A DNA stretch of 64,000 bases from Chrysomallon squamiferum (GCA_012295275.1 CM022667.1:5146001-5210000); one strand, 5' to 3'; positions 39,881 to 55,004 are shown, numbered from the stretch's first letter. The notes: generated by a model not told the origin, from the letters alone. Program-made: numbers and translations.

Positions 39881-39907
39881 CATCGATATCAGTGTCGTCT
39901 GAAGATT
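39881..39907 (-). CDS. Linker microexon L1
   Basis: AG/GT bounded, 27 nt. Confidence 0.75.
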
Positions 39908-40004
39908 CTGAGGAAGAAATGAAACAAATACACAAATAAAGAAAGGAGAAAAGTAAAGTGTAATGAATTAATAATAAATAACACAACAAGAAGAGCAACA
40001 GCAA

Positions 40005-40066
<62 letters not shown>

Positions 40067-40233
40067 ATAATAATAATAATAATACATGTTTAAGAGCAAA
40101 AGTAAATGTCGTTTTCATATAATTTAAATAGATATAGAAGTTTCAAGTGCAAACGTGAAGACTTGGTCTATGCCGCTGGTTTAAGAGAATGCACAGTGAA
40201 TATACGTGTGAAAGTGAGTATGAGGAAACTTAC

Positions 40234-40260
40234 CAGCAACAATTTTGTTTTTTGTATGAT
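40234..40260 (-). pseudogene. Dead L2 microexon (acceptor AG to AC); same lesion at 42167, 44109, 46033, 47965, 49866, 51773
   Basis: Plus strand reads tatgatgtgat instead of tatgatctgat in all seven copies. Confidence 0.7.
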
Positions 40261-40670
40261 GTGATAAAAAAGAAATTAATTAAATAAAGTAGAATAATTA
40301 ATAACAATTACATAGCGGAAAATAAATAATTAAAACGTTGGAAAAAGATCGACGACGATGATTATAATGGGAATGATAATAATAATGAAATAATATATGA
40401 CATTAACAAATCCAGCTGACCAGTGAAATATCCTATTGCCACGTAATTAAATCGACGATACAAGAAAACATGTATGTCTTTGAATTACTTTTCTTTTGAA
40501 CTAGAGATGAAACGATTTTGTTCTGTCACATCAGCACTATTTATTAATTTGTTTCCTTGTTTGTTTATTTAATAGAAATAATTACTCATAGCCAGAAACT
40601 AAGAGCTCAGTATTCATGCTTAATAAAATATTAATATTAATAATAATAATAGTAATAATAATAATAATAA

Positions 40671-40764
<94 letters not shown>

Positions 40765-40865
40765 TATTAGGATACAGAACTAATTACAATCAAATAGCTT
40801 GTAAGTATAAAGATGTACTTTTGTAAAATCCTAATAATAATATTTGTAGGATACTCTATGCTCAC

Positions 40866-41198
40866 CAGGTGAATGTTTAACACATGTGGGTTCACCAATA
40901 CCTGGACGTGGTCCATCACTGCATATCCATTCACCTTCATCAAGCTCTTTTTTGAAAGCGAAAACAGCAATTAATAGGTGTGTCGGTGAAGCTATTAGGA
41001 ATCGGTAATCTTGTTTAGTATCCACATTTTCACATTTTGTCATGAGTGAATTACAGGTTACGAACAATGTAGGAAATCCGCTATTAGGACGGTAAACGTT
41101 TAATCCATGTTTTAGTTTGCCAGATATTGTACAAGACAATCCTGTCAATTTTCCTTCTGCTGGGGTACCCATGCAATCGAAATAAGTTTTTGCCCTTT
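40866..41198 (-). CDS. Gene B Ig-like exon
   Basis: AG/GT bounded, 333 nt, open frame. Confidence 0.85.
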
Positions 41199-41828
41199 CT
41201 GCAGAATATATTTGATATGTTTGTTCAAAGAAAAACAGAATTGCTATAGTTATTAAGAAATTATGATATTTCTAACGTAATAACATTAAAGATTATGATG
41301 AGAATTAAACACATGTACCAACATATACATACACATAAACGTAAGCAGAGGTTGCAGAAAATTTTACTTATTTAGGTCATGTTAAATTATATAGCACTGA
41401 GCATGTAATAACGGCCTGTCATCGCTGTATTTGGCTTGTACGAAATTGATCCTGATAACAATCAATTGTCAAGTATACCTTCAGTATCGGTAAATCGTAA
41501 GAAACTATGGTAATGAGTTGTGTTTATCTAATTAAACTCACTTTAGCGTTAATGTGATTATAAGAAATTCAGAGCGTATTTCAGAAGGAAACGAAAAGAT
41601 GTTAGCCTCAGTATTTTACTGAATTATAGTCATGTGCTCTCGTTAAACATAGTTCATAGAAAATAAAGGATGAAAAGAAAATCACTTAAAGATGAAAATG
41701 ATAATAAATAACTTTAAAAATCTAATAAGACTGATAAAGAAGGTTTAATATATTATTTTACTTATCTGTGTTCGTTTAGTACAATTTATGACTAATTTGC
41801 TAATACGACTGACTGTGACGAAACTTAC

Positions 41829-41855
41829 CATCGATATCAGTGTCGTCTGAAGATT
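41829..41855 (-). CDS. Linker microexon L1
   Basis: AG/GT bounded, 27 nt. Confidence 0.75.
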
Positions 41856-42609
41856 CTGAGGAAGAAATGAAACAAATATACAAATAAAGAAAGGAGAAAA
41901 GTAAAGTGTAATGAATTAATAATAAATAACACAACAAGAAGAGCAACAGCAATACTACTACTACTACTACTACTACTGCTACTACTACTACTACTACTAC
42001 TACTAATAATAATAATACATGTTTAAGAGCAAAAGTAAATGTCGTTTTCATATAATTTAAATAGATATAGAAGTTTCAAGTGCAAACGTGAAGACTTGGT
42101 CTATGCCGCTGGTTTAAGAGAATGCACAGTGAATATACGTGTGAAAGTGAGTATGAGGAAACTTACCAGCAACAATTTTGTTTTTTGTATGATGTGATAA
42201 AAAAGAAATTAATTAAATAAAGTAGAATAATTAATAACAATTACATAGCGGAAAATAAATAATTAAAACGTTGGAAAAAGATCGACGACGATGATTATAA
42301 TGGGAATCATAATAATAATGAAATAATATATGACATTAACAAATCCAGCTGACCAGTGAAATATCCTATTGCCACGTAATTAAATCGACGATACAAGAAA
42401 ACATGTATGTCTTTGAATTACTTTTCTTTTGAACTAGAGATGAAACGATTTTGTTCTGTCACATCAGCACTATTTATTAATTTGTTTCCTTGTTTGTTTA
42501 TTTAATAGAAATAATTACTCATAGCCAGAAACTAAGAGCTCAGTATTCATGCTTAATAAAATATTAATATTAATAATAATAACAGTAATAATAATAATAA
42601 TAATAATAA

Positions 42610-42678
<69 letters not shown>

Positions 42679-42798
42679 TATAATTATAATAATAAAATAT
42701 TAGGATACAGAACTAATTACATTCAAATAGCTTGTAAGTATAAAGATGTACTTTTGTAAAATCCTAATAATAATATTTGTAGGATACTCTATGCTCAC

Positions 42799-43132
42799 CA
42801 GGTGAATGTTTAACACATGTGGGTTCACCAATACCTGGACGTGGTCCATCACTGCATATCCATTCACCTTCATCAAGCTCTTTTTTTGAAAGCGAAAACA
42901 GCAATTAATAGGTGTGTCGGTGAAGCTATTAGGAATCGGTAATCTTGTTTAGTATCCACATTTTCACATTTTGTCATGAGTGAATTACAGGTTACGAACA
43001 ATGTAGGAAATCCGCTATTAGGACGGTAAACGTTTAATCCATGTTTTAGTTTGCCAGATATTGTACAAGACAATCCTGTCAATTTTCCTTCTGCTGGGGT
43101 ACCCATGCAATCGAAATAAGTTTTTGCCCTTT
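42799..43132 (-). pseudogene. Gene B Ig-like exon with +1 homopolymer frameshift (pseudo-exon or sequencing error)
   Basis: 334 nt; T7 at 42881-42887 versus T6 in sister copies. Confidence 0.7.
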
Positions 43133-43764
43133 CTGCAGAATATATTTGATATGTTTGTTCAAAGAAAAACAGAATTGCTATAGTTATTAAGAAATTATGA
43201 TATTTCTAACGTAATAACATTAAAGATTATGATGAGAATTAAACACATGTACCAACATATACATACACATAAACGTAAGCAGAGGTTGCAGAAAATTTTA
43301 CTTATTTAGGTCATGTTAAATTATATAGCACTGAGCATGTAATAACGGCCTGTCATCGCTGTATTTGGCTTGTACATGAAATTGATCCTGATAACAATCA
43401 ATTGTCAAGTATACCTTCAGTATCGGTAAATCGTAAGAAACTATGGTAATGAGTTGTGTTTATCTAATTAAACTCACTTTAGCTTTAATGTGATTATAAG
43501 AAATTCAGAGCGTATTTCAGAAGGAAACGAAAAGATGTTAGCCTCAGTATTTTACTGAATTATAGTCACGTGCTCTCGTTAAACATAGTTCATAGAAAAT
43601 AAAGGATGACAAGAAAATCACTTAAAGATGAAAATGATAATAAATAACTTCAAAAATCTAATAAGACTGATAAAGAAGGTTTAATATATTATTTTACTTA
43701 TCTGTGTTCGTTTAGTACAATTTATGACTAATTTGCTAATACGACTGACTGTGACGAAACTTAC

Positions 43765-43791
43765 CATCGATATCAGTGTCGTCTGAAGATT
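43765..43791 (-). CDS. Linker microexon L1
   Basis: AG/GT bounded, 27 nt. Confidence 0.75.
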
Positions 43792-43888
43792 CTGAGGAAG
43801 AAATGAAACAAATATACAAATAAAGAAAGGAGAAAAGTAAAGTGTAATGAATTAATAATAAATAACACAACAAGAAGAGCAACAGCAA

Positions 43889-43919
<31 letters not shown>

Positions 43920-44551
43920 GCTACTACTACTACTACTACTACTACTACTAATAATAATACATGTTTAAGAGCAAAAGTAAATGTCGTTTTCATATAATTT
44001 AAATAGATATAGAAGTTTCAAGTGCAAACGTGAAGACTTGGTCTATGCCGCTGGTTTAAGAGAATGCACAGTGAATATACGTGTGAAAGTGAGTATGAGG
44101 AAACTTACCAGCAACAATTTTGTTTTTTGTATGATGTGATAAAAAAGAAATTAATTAAATAAAGTAGAATAATTAATAACAATTACATAGCGGAAAATAA
44201 ATAATTAAAACGTTGGAAAAAGATCGACGACGATGATTATAATGGGAATGATAATAATAATGAAATAATATATGACATTAACAAATCCAGCTGACCAGTG
44301 AAATATCCTATTGCCACGTAATTAAATCGACGATACAAGAAAACATGTATGTCTTTGAATTACTTTTCTTTTGAACTAGAGATGAAACGATTTTGTTCTG
44401 TCACATCAGCACTATTTATTAATTTGTTTCCTTGTTTGTTTATTTAATAGAAATAATTACTCATAGCCAGAAACTAAGAGCTCAGTATTCATGCTTAATA
44501 AAATATTAATATTAATAATAATAACAGTAATAATAATAATAATAATAATAA

Positions 44552-44605
<54 letters not shown>

Positions 44606-44725
44606 TATAATTATAATAATAAAATATTAGGATACAGAACTAATTACAATCAAATAGCTTGTAAGTATAAAGATGTACTTTTGTAAAATCCTAATAATAA
44701 TATTTGTAGGATACTCTATGCTCAC

Positions 44726-45058
44726 CAGGTGAATGTTTAACACATGTGGGTTCACCAATACCTGGACGTGGTCCATCACTGCATATCCATTCACCTTCAT
44801 CAAGCTCTTTTTTGAAAGCGAAAACAGCAATTAATAGGTGTGTCGGTGAAGCTATTAGGAATCGGTAATCTTGTTTAGTATCCACATTTTCACATTTTGT
44901 CATGAGTGAATTACAGGTTACGAACAATGTAGGAAATCCGCTATTAGGACGGTAAACGTTTAATCCATGTTTTAGTTTGCCAGATATTGTACAAGACAAT
45001 CCTGTCAATTTTCCTTCTGCTGGGGTACCCATGCAATCGAAATAAGTTTTTGCCCTTT
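44726..45058 (-). CDS. Gene B Ig-like exon
   Basis: AG/GT bounded, 333 nt, open frame. Confidence 0.85.
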
Positions 45059-45688
45059 CTGCAGAATATATTTGATATGTTTGTTCAAAGAAAAACAGAA
45101 TTGCTATAGTTATTAAGAAATTATGATATTTCTAACGTAATAACATTAAAGATTATGATGAGAATTAAACACATGTACCAACATATACATACACATAAAC
45201 GTAAGCAGAGGTTGCAGAAAATTTTACTTATTTAGGTCATGTTAAATTATATAGCACTGAGCATGTAATAACGGCCTGTCATCGCTGTATTTGGCTTGTA
45301 CGAAATTGATCCTGATAACAATCAATTGTCAAGTATACCTTCAGTATCGGTAAATCGTAAGAAACTATGGTAATGAGTTGTGTTTATCTAATTAAACTCA
45401 CTTTAGCGTTAATGTGATTATAAGAAATTCAGAGCGTATTTCAGAAGGAAACGAAAAGATGTTAGCCTCAGTATTTTACTGAATTATAGTCACGTGCTCT
45501 CGTTAAACATAGTTCATAGAAAATAAAGGATGACAAGAAAATCACTTAAAGATGAAAATGATAATAAATAACTTCAAAAATCTAATAAGACTGATAAAGA
45601 AGGTTTAATATATTATTTTACTTATCTGTGTTCGTTTAGTACAATTTATGACTAATTTGCTAATACGACTGACTGTGACGAAACTTAC

Positions 45689-45715
45689 CATCGATATCAG
45701 TGTCGTCTGAAGATT
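45689..45715 (-). CDS. Linker microexon L1
   Basis: AG/GT bounded, 27 nt. Confidence 0.75.
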
Positions 45716-45812
45716 CTGAGGAAGAAATGAAACAAATACACAAATAAAGAAAGGAGAAAAGTAAAGTGTAATGAATTAATAATAAATAACACAACAAGAA
45801 GAGCAACAGCAA

Positions 45813-45871
<59 letters not shown>

Positions 45872-46475
45872 ATAATAATAATACATGTTTAAGAGCAAAA
45901 GTAAATGTCGTTTTCATATAATTTAAATAGATATAGAAGTTTCAAGTGCAAACGTGAAGACTTGGTCTATGCCGCTGGTTTAAGAGAATGCACAGTGAAT
46001 ATACGTGTGAAAGTGAGTATGAGGAAACTTACCAGCAACAATTTTGTTTTTTGTATGATGTGATAAAAAAGAAATTAATTAAATAAAGTAGAATAATTAA
46101 TAACAATTACATAGCGGAAAATAAATAATTAAAACGTTGGAAAAAGATCGACGACGATGATTATAATGGGAATGATAATAATAATGAAATAATATATGAC
46201 ATTAACAAATCCAGCTGACCAGTGAAATATCCTATTGCCACGTAATTAAATCGACGATACAAGAAAACATGTATGTCTTTGAATTACTTTTCTTTTGAAC
46301 TAGAGATGAAACGATTTTGTTCTGTCACATCAGCACTATTTATTAATTTGTTTCCTTGTTTGTTTATTTAATAGAAATAATTACTCATAGCCAGAAACTA
46401 AGAGCTCAGTATTCATGCTTAATAAAATATTAATATTAATAATAATAACAGTAATAATAATAATAATAATAATAA

Positions 46476-46529
<54 letters not shown>

Positions 46530-46649
46530 TATAATTATAATAATAAAATATTAGGATACAGAACTAATTACAATCAAATAGCTTGTAAGTATAAAGATGT
46601 ACTTTTGTAAAATCCTAATAATAATATTTGTAGGATACTCTATGCTCAC

Positions 46650-46984
46650 CAGGTGAATGTTTAACACATGTGGGTTCACCAATACCTGGACGTGGTCCAT
46701 CACTGCATATCCATTCACCTTCATCAAGCTCTTTTTGAAAGCGAAAAAAACAGCAATTAATAGGTGTGTCGGTGAAGCTATTAGGAATCGGTAATCTTGT
46801 TTAGTATCCACATTTTCACATTTTGTCATGAGTGAATTACAGGTTACGAACAATGTAGGAAATCCGCTATTAGGACGGTAAACGTTTAATCCATGTTTTA
46901 GTTTGCCAGATATTGTACAAGACAATCCTGTCAATTTTCCTTCTGCTGGGGTACCCATGCAATCGAAATAAGTTTTTGCCCTTT
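46650..46984 (-). pseudogene. Gene B Ig-like exon with net +2 homopolymer frameshift (pseudo-exon or sequencing error)
   Basis: 335 nt; T5 versus T6 and A7 versus A4 around 46732-46750. Confidence 0.7.
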
Positions 46985-47614
46985 CTGCAGAATATATTTG
47001 ATATGTTTGTTCAAAGAAAAACAGAATTGCTATAGTTATTAAGAAATTATGATATTTCTAACGTAATAACATTAAAGATTATGATGAGAATTAAACACAT
47101 GTACCAACATATACATACACATAAACGTAAGCAGAGGTTGCAGAAAATTTTACTTATTTAGGTCATGTTAAATTATATAGCACTGAGCATGTAATAACGG
47201 CCTGTCATCGCTGTATTTGGCTTGCACGAAATTGATCCTGATAACAATCAATTGTCAAGTATACCTTCAGTATAGGTAAATCGTAAGAAACTATGGTAAT
47301 GAGTTGTGTTTATCTAATTAAACTCACTTTAGCGTTAATGTGATTATAAGAAATTCAGAGCGTATTTCAGAAGGAAACGAAAAGATGTTAGCCTCAGTAT
47401 TTTACTGAATTATAGTCACGTGCTCTCGTTAAACATAGTTCATAGAAAATAAAGGATGAAAAGAAAATCACTTAAAGATGAAAATGATAATAAATAACTT
47501 CAAAAATCTAATAAGACTGATAAAGAAGGTTTAATATATTATTTTACTTATCTGTGTTCGTTTAGTACAATTTATGACTAATTTGCTAATACGACTGACT
47601 GTGACGAAACTTAC

Positions 47615-47641
47615 CATCGATATCAGTGTCGTCTGAAGATT
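47615..47641 (-). CDS. Linker microexon L1
   Basis: AG/GT bounded, 27 nt. Confidence 0.75.
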
Positions 47642-47738
47642 CTGAGGAAGAAATGAAACAAATATACAAATAAAGAAAGGAGAAAAGTAAAGTGTAATGA
47701 ATTAATAATAAATAACACAAGAAGAAGAGCAACAGCAA

Positions 47739-47769
<31 letters not shown>

Positions 47770-48366
47770 GCTACTACTACTACTACTACTACTACTAATA
47801 ATAATAATAATAATACATGTTTAAGAGCAAAAGTAAATGTCGTTTTCATATAATTTAAATAGATATAGAAGTTTCAAGTGCAAACGTGAAGACTTGGTCT
47901 ATGCCGCTGGTTTAAGAGAATGCACAGTGAATATACGTGTGAAAGTGAGTATGAGGAAACTTACCAGCAACAATTTTGTTTTTTGTATGATGTGATAAAA
48001 AAGAAATTAATTAAATAAAGTAGAATAATTAATAACAATTACATAGCGGAAAATAAATAATTAAAACGTTGGAAAAAGATCGACGACGATGATTATAATG
48101 GGAATGATAATAATAATGAAATAATATATGACATTAACAAATCCAGCTGACCAGTGAAATATCCTATTGCCACGTAATTAAATCGACGATACAAAAAAAC
48201 ATGTATGTCTTTGAATTACTTTTCTTTTGAACTAGAGATGAAACGATTTTGTTCTGTCACATCAGCACTATTTATTAATTTGTTTCCTTGTTTGTTTATT
48301 TAATAGAAATAATTACTCATAGCCAGAAACTAAGAGCTCAGTATTCATGCTTAATAAAATATTAAT

Positions 48367-48471
<105 letters not shown>

Positions 48472-48585
48472 TATAATAATAAAATATTAGGATACAGAAC
48501 CAATTACAATCAAATAGCTTGTAAGTATAAAGATGTACTTTTGTAAAATCCTAATAATAATATTTGTAGGATACTCTATGCTCAC

Positions 48586-48918
48586 CAGGTGAATGTTTAA
48601 CACATGTGGGTTCACCAATACCTGGACGTGGTCCATCACTGCATATCCATTCACCTTCATCAAGCTCTTTTTTGAAAGCGAAAACAGCAATTAATAGGTG
48701 TGTCGGTGAAGCTATTAGGAATCGGTAATCTTGTTTAGTATCCACATTTTCACATTTTGTCATGAGTGAATTACAGGTTACGAACAATGTAGGAAATCCG
48801 CTATTAGGACGGTAAACGTTTAATCCATGTTTTAGTTTGCCAGATATTGTACAAGACAATCCTGTCAATTTTCCTTCTGCTGGGGTACCCATGCAATCGA
48901 AATAAGTTTTTGCCCTTT
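48586..48918 (-). CDS. Gene B Ig-like exon
   Basis: AG/GT bounded, 333 nt, open frame. Confidence 0.85.
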
Positions 48919-49551
48919 CTGCACAATATATTTGATATGTTAGTTCAAAGAAAAACAGAATTGCTATAGTTATTAAGAAATTATTATATTTCTAACGTAA
49001 TAACATTAAAGATTATGATGAGAATTAAACACATGTATCAACATATACATACACATACACGTAAGCAGAGGTTGCAGAACATTTTACTTATTTAGGTAAT
49101 GTTACATTATACAGCACTGAGCATGGAATAACGGCCTCTCATCGCTGTATTTGGCTTGTACGAAATTGATCCTGATAACAATCAATTGTCAAGTATAATT
49201 TCAGTATCGGTAAATCGTAAGAAACTATGGTAATGAGTTGTGTTTATCTAATTAAACTCACTTTAGCGTTAATGTGATTATAAGAAATTCAGAGCGTATT
49301 TCAGAAGGAAACGAAAAGATGTTAGCCTCAGTATTTTACTGAATTATAGTCACCTGCTCTCGTTAAACATAGTTCATAGAAAATAAAGGATGAAAAGAAA
49401 ATCACTTAAAGATGAAAATGATAATAAATAACTTCAAATATCTAATAAGACTGATACAGAAGGTTTAATATCATATTATTTTACCTACTTGTGTTCGTTT
49501 AGTACAATTTATGACTAATTTCCTAATACGACTGACTGTGACGAAACTTAC

Positions 49552-49578
49552 CATCGATATCAGTGTCGTCTGAAGATT
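49552..49578 (-). CDS. Linker microexon L1
   Basis: AG/GT bounded, 27 nt. Confidence 0.75.
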
Positions 49579-50267
49579 CTGAGGTAGAAATGAAACAAAT
49601 ATACAAATAAAGAAAGGAGAAAAGTAAAATGTAATGAATTAATAATAAATAACACAACAAGAAGAGCAACAGCAATACTACTACTACTACTACTACTACT
49701 ACTAATAATAATAATACATGTTTAAGAACAAAAGTAAATGTCGTTTTCATATAATTTAAATAGATATAGAAGTTTCAAGTGGAAACGTGAAGACTTGGTC
49801 TATGCCGCTGGTTTAAGAGAATGCACAGAGAATACACGAATGAAAGTGAGTATGAGGAAACTTACCAGCAACAATTTTGTTTTTTGTATGATGTGATAAA
49901 AAAGAAATTAATTAAATAAAGTAGAATAATTAATAACAATTACATAGCGGAAAATAAATAATTAAAACGTTGGAAAAAGATCGACGACGATGATTATAAT
50001 GGGAATGATAATAATAATGAAATAATATATGACATTAACAAATCCAGCTGACCAGTGAAATATCCTATTGCCACGTAATTAAATCGACGATACAAGAAAA
50101 CATGTATGTCTTTGAATTACTTTTCTTTTGAACTAGAGATGAAACGATTTTGTTCTGTCACATCAGCACTATTTATTAATTTGTTTCCTTGTTTGTTTAT
50201 TTAATAGAAATAATTACTCATAGCCAGAAACTAAGAGCTCAGTATTCATGCTTAATAAAATATTAAT

Positions 50268-50348
<81 letters not shown>

Positions 50349-50462
50349 TATAATAATAAAATATTAGGATACAGAACCAATTACAATCAAATAGCTTGTA
50401 AATATTAAGATGTACTTTGGTAAAATCCTAATAATAATATTTGTAGGATACTCTATGCTCAC

Positions 50463-50795
50463 CAGGTGAATGTTTAACACATGTGGGTTCACCAATACCT
50501 GGACGTGGTCCATCACTGCAGATCCATTCACCTTCATCAAGCTCTTTTTTGAAAGCGAAAACAGCAATTAATAGGTGTGTCGGTGAAGCTATTAGGAATC
50601 GGTAATCTTGTTTAGTATCCACATTTTCACATTTTGTCATGAGTGAATTACAGGTTACGAACAATGTAGGAAATCCGCTATTAGGACGGTAAACGTTTAA
50701 TCCATGTTTTAGTTTGCCAGATATTGTACAAGACAATCCTGTCAATTTTCCTTCTGTTGGGCTACCCATGCAATCGAAATAAGTTTTTGCCCTTT
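50463..50795 (-). CDS. Gene B Ig-like exon
   Basis: AG/GT bounded, 333 nt, open frame. Confidence 0.85.
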
Positions 50796-51425
50796 CTGCA
50801 GAATATATTTGATATGTTTGTTCAAAGAAAAACAGAATTGCTATAGTTATTAAGAAATTATTATATTTCTAACGTAATAACATTAAAGATTATGATGAGA
50901 ATTAAACACACGTATCAACATATACATACACATACACGTAAGCAGAGGTTGCAGAAAATTTTACTTATTTAGGTAATGTTACATTATACAGCACTGAGCA
51001 TGTAATAACGGCCTCTCATCGCTGTATTTGGCTTGTACGAAATTGATCCTGATAACAATCAATTGTCAAGTATAATTTCAATATCGGTAAATCGTAAGAA
51101 ACTATGGTAATGAGTTGTGTTTATCTAATTAAACTCTCTTTAGCTTTAATGTGATTATAAGAAATTCAGAGCGTATTTCAGAAGGAAACGAAAAGATGTT
51201 AGCCTCAGTATTTTACTGAATTATATTCACGTGCTCTCGTTAAACATAGTTCATAGAAAATAAAGGATGAAAAGAAAATCACTTAAAGATGAAAATGATA
51301 ATAAATAACTTCAAAAATCTAATAAGACTGATAAAAAAGGTTTAATATATTATTTTACCTATCTGTGTTCGTTTAGTACAATTTATGACTAATTTGCTAA
51401 TACGACTGACTGTGACGAAACTTAC

Positions 51426-51452
51426 CATCGATATCAGTGTCGTCTGAAGATT
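51426..51452 (-). CDS. Linker microexon L1
   Basis: AG/GT bounded, 27 nt. Confidence 0.75.
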
Positions 51453-51549
51453 CTGAGGAAGAAATGAAACAAATATACAAATAAACAAAGGAGAAAAGTA
51501 AAGTGTAATGAATTAATAATAAATAACACAACAAGAACAGCAACAGCAA

Positions 51550-51605
<56 letters not shown>

Positions 51606-52316
51606 ATAATAATAATAATAGTACATGTTTAAGAGCAAAAGTAAATGTCGTTTTCATATAATTTAAATAGATATAGAAGTTTCAAGTGGAAACGTGAAGA
51701 CTTGGTCTATGCCGCTGGTTTAAGAGAATGCACAGTGAATATACGTGTGAAAGTGAGTATGAGGAAACTTACCAGCAACAATTTTGTTTTTTGTATGATG
51801 TGATAAAAAAGAATTTAATTAAATAAAGTAGAATAATTAATAACAATTACATAGCGGAAAATAAATAATTAAAACGTTGGAAAAAGATCGACGACGATGA
51901 ATATAATGGGAATGATAATAATAATGAAATAATATATGACATTAACAAATCCAGCTGACCAGTGAAATATCCTATTGCCACGTAATTAAATCGACGATAT
52001 AAGAAAACATTTATGTCTTTGAATTAGTTTTTTTTTGAACTAGAGATGAAACGATTTTGTTCTGTCACATCAGCACTATTTATTAATTTGTTTCCTTGTT
52101 TGTTTATTTAATAGAAATAATTACTCATGGCCAGAAACTAAGAGCTCAGTAATCATGCTTAATAAAATATTAATATTAATAATAATAATAGTAATAATAA
52201 TAATTATAATAATAAAATATTAGGATACAGAACCAATTACAATCAAATAGCTTATAATAAAGATAATGATTTTGTAAAATCCTAATAATAATATTTGTAG
52301 GATACTCTATGCTCAC

Positions 52317-52626
52317 CAGGTGAATAAAACATTGGGTTCAGAACAATACCTGGACGTGGTCCAAACTGCTTATCCATTACCTTCATCATGCTCTTTTTAA
52401 AATCGAAAACAGCAATTAATAGGTTTGTCGGTGAATATTAGGAATGGTAATCTTGTTTAGTATGAACATTTTCACATTTTGTCATGAGGAATTCAGGTTA
52501 CGAACAATGGAACGTGGTCCATTAGGACGGTAAACGTTTAATCCATGTTTTACCAGATATCATCAAGACAATCCTGTTTTTCCTTCTGTTGAAAACCCAT
52601 GCAATCGAAATAAGTGTGTGCCCTTT
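52317..52626 (-). pseudogene. Heavily scrambled Ig-like exon copy (probably poor assembly consensus)
   Basis: 310 nt with many small indels; splice dinucleotides retained; flanks near-identical to sister units. Confidence 0.7.
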
Positions 52627-53240
52627 CTGTCAATATATTTGATATGTTTGTTCAAAGGAATTTGCTATAGTTATTGAAATTATTATATTTCAACGTATTT
52701 TAACATTTTAAAGATAATGATGAAGTTTAAACAGGTCGTATCGACATATACATACACACACATTAGGACACAAAAACGTTTAATCCATGTTTTAGTTTGG
52801 GAATGTTGTATTATACAATCCTAAGCATTTTCCTAACATCCTGGGTCACCCAGTAATTGTCTTGAATTAAATTTTGCCCAATCAATTCTCAGTATCGGAA
52901 TATATTTGATACTATTATAATGAGTTGTGTTTATCTAATTAAACTCACTTTAGCTTTAATGTGATTATAAGAAATTCAGAGCGTATTTCAGAAGGAAACG
53001 AAAAGATGTTAGCCTCAGTATTTTACTGAATTATATTCACGTGCTCTCGTTAAACATAGTTCATAGAAAATAAAGGATGAAAAGAAAATCACTTAAAGGT
53101 TTGAAAATGATAATAAATAACTTCAAAAATCTAATAAGACTGATAAAGAAGGTTTAATATCATATTATTTTACCTATCTGTGTTCGTTTAGTACAATTTA
53201 TGACTAATTTGCTAATACGACTGACTGTGACGAAACTTAC

Positions 53241-53267
53241 CATCGATATCAGTGTCGTCTGAAGATT
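53241..53267 (-). CDS. Linker microexon L1
   Basis: AG/GT bounded, 27 nt. Confidence 0.75.
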
Positions 53268-53358
53268 CTGAGGAAGAAATAAAACAAATATACAAATAAA
53301 GAAAGGAGAAAAGTAAAGTGTAATTAATTAATAATAATGAACACAACAACAGCAACAG

Positions 53359-53414
<56 letters not shown>

Positions 53415-53782
53415 TAATAATAATACGAATAATAGTAATAATAATAAAACAACAACAACAATAACAATTTCGACATCATTGCAGATTGAAAAGAAATTCT
53501 ATAATTACTGGTAGTCGGTGTTACTTTATATAGATAGTATTTATAAGAATTAATTGTGAAGTACTTGTTTAATGTGAATAAATAACAGAAACTAATGGAA
53601 TGCTTTGGCTTTCTCTTATAAAACTAAATTTTGTTGTTAATGTTATAATAAGCAGATTAATAAACGAAAGCATTTGATGTTTAACAGCAAATGTAAATTT
53701 CTTGTTCATGATTTTATCTACTGGACTCTTTTAATAGAATGTGCAGTGATATACGAATGAAAGTGAGTATGAGGAGACTTAC

Positions 53783-53809
53783 CACCCACAACACTGTTTT
53801 TTGTATTAT
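53783..53809 (-). CDS. L2-like microexon (xNTKNSVVG)
   Basis: ttttcag|, |gtaagt, 27 nt. Confidence 0.7.
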
Positions 53810-55004
53810 CTGAAAAAAATAGAAATAGAAAGAACCACTATTAATAAGAATTAAATAAAGGAAAATAATTAATTAAAAGATTCGAAAACCCTTTACGACG
53901 ATGATTATAATGATAATGGAGATGATGCTGATGATAATAATAATGAAATAATATATGACATTAAGAGAGATAAAATGTTTGTGAAACAAACAAAATGTAA
54001 ACAAGAAAAGACAATCCAAAAAAAAAAAAAATAAAAAAAAAAAATAAAAAGAGAGGATAAAAAGAACAGATTAAAAAAAATAAAAATAAAATAAAAAAAT
54101 ATATATATCCAAAACAAAACATGTAAAAAATCAAAGAAAGGAAAAAACACTACTTTAATACGGTTGGCAAAGGATGTTTCGTCTGATGTATTTTTTAACA
54201 TATGTTTTATATCGATAAATAACCGAAATTATTGGAATGCGTGGGGTTCTCTAATAAAATACATTTTGATTTCTTCTAATTTAAATACATTTAGAATGTA
54301 ATACGAACGAAATTCAAAAGTAAACGTTAAGATTTTTGTTACTGGCGCTCATTCAAGAGAATTTATCAGTGTCGTTAAAAAATGTCTGGGTAAGAAGATA
54401 AAATGACGATACAGACAAATAAAGAAGGAAACAAACAATTAACAATTTACAAAATTAATATTAATATTAAAGAGAAAAAATGCAGTAAAATAAATTAATA
54501 ATTAATAATTAATAACAGAATAATAACAATAACAACAACAACAGCAACAACAATAGTACTACTACTAATAATATGAACAAAATAATTTCATTTTGGAGAA
54601 GGAAGGTTGCCTTTCATGTTTTTCATTACTCATTTTCTGTTCTTTTTTTTTTTCTGGCAGTTTACGGTATTTTATAGACACTAAATTATTTATAATAATT
54701 GTGAACTATACGCTTAGTGTCAATACATAGCAGAGATTGTTGGAATGCGTCATGTTTGTTTCATAAAACTAAATTTAGTGTCATGTAATCTATGTAGATT
54801 TATAAAGTAGTACGACAGGATTTCATATCTTTCCAGTAAAAAATAATTTTGAGTATATGCATTTGAAATAATTTAGAATGTGATATGAAAGAATTTCAAG
54901 TGTAAAAGTGAAGATTTTGTTTAGTGGCATTCGTTGAATTATTTTGGAGAAATGATTTTCAGTATGATGACATTTAATAGTATCTTCCTCTATATTTTCT
55001 TACT

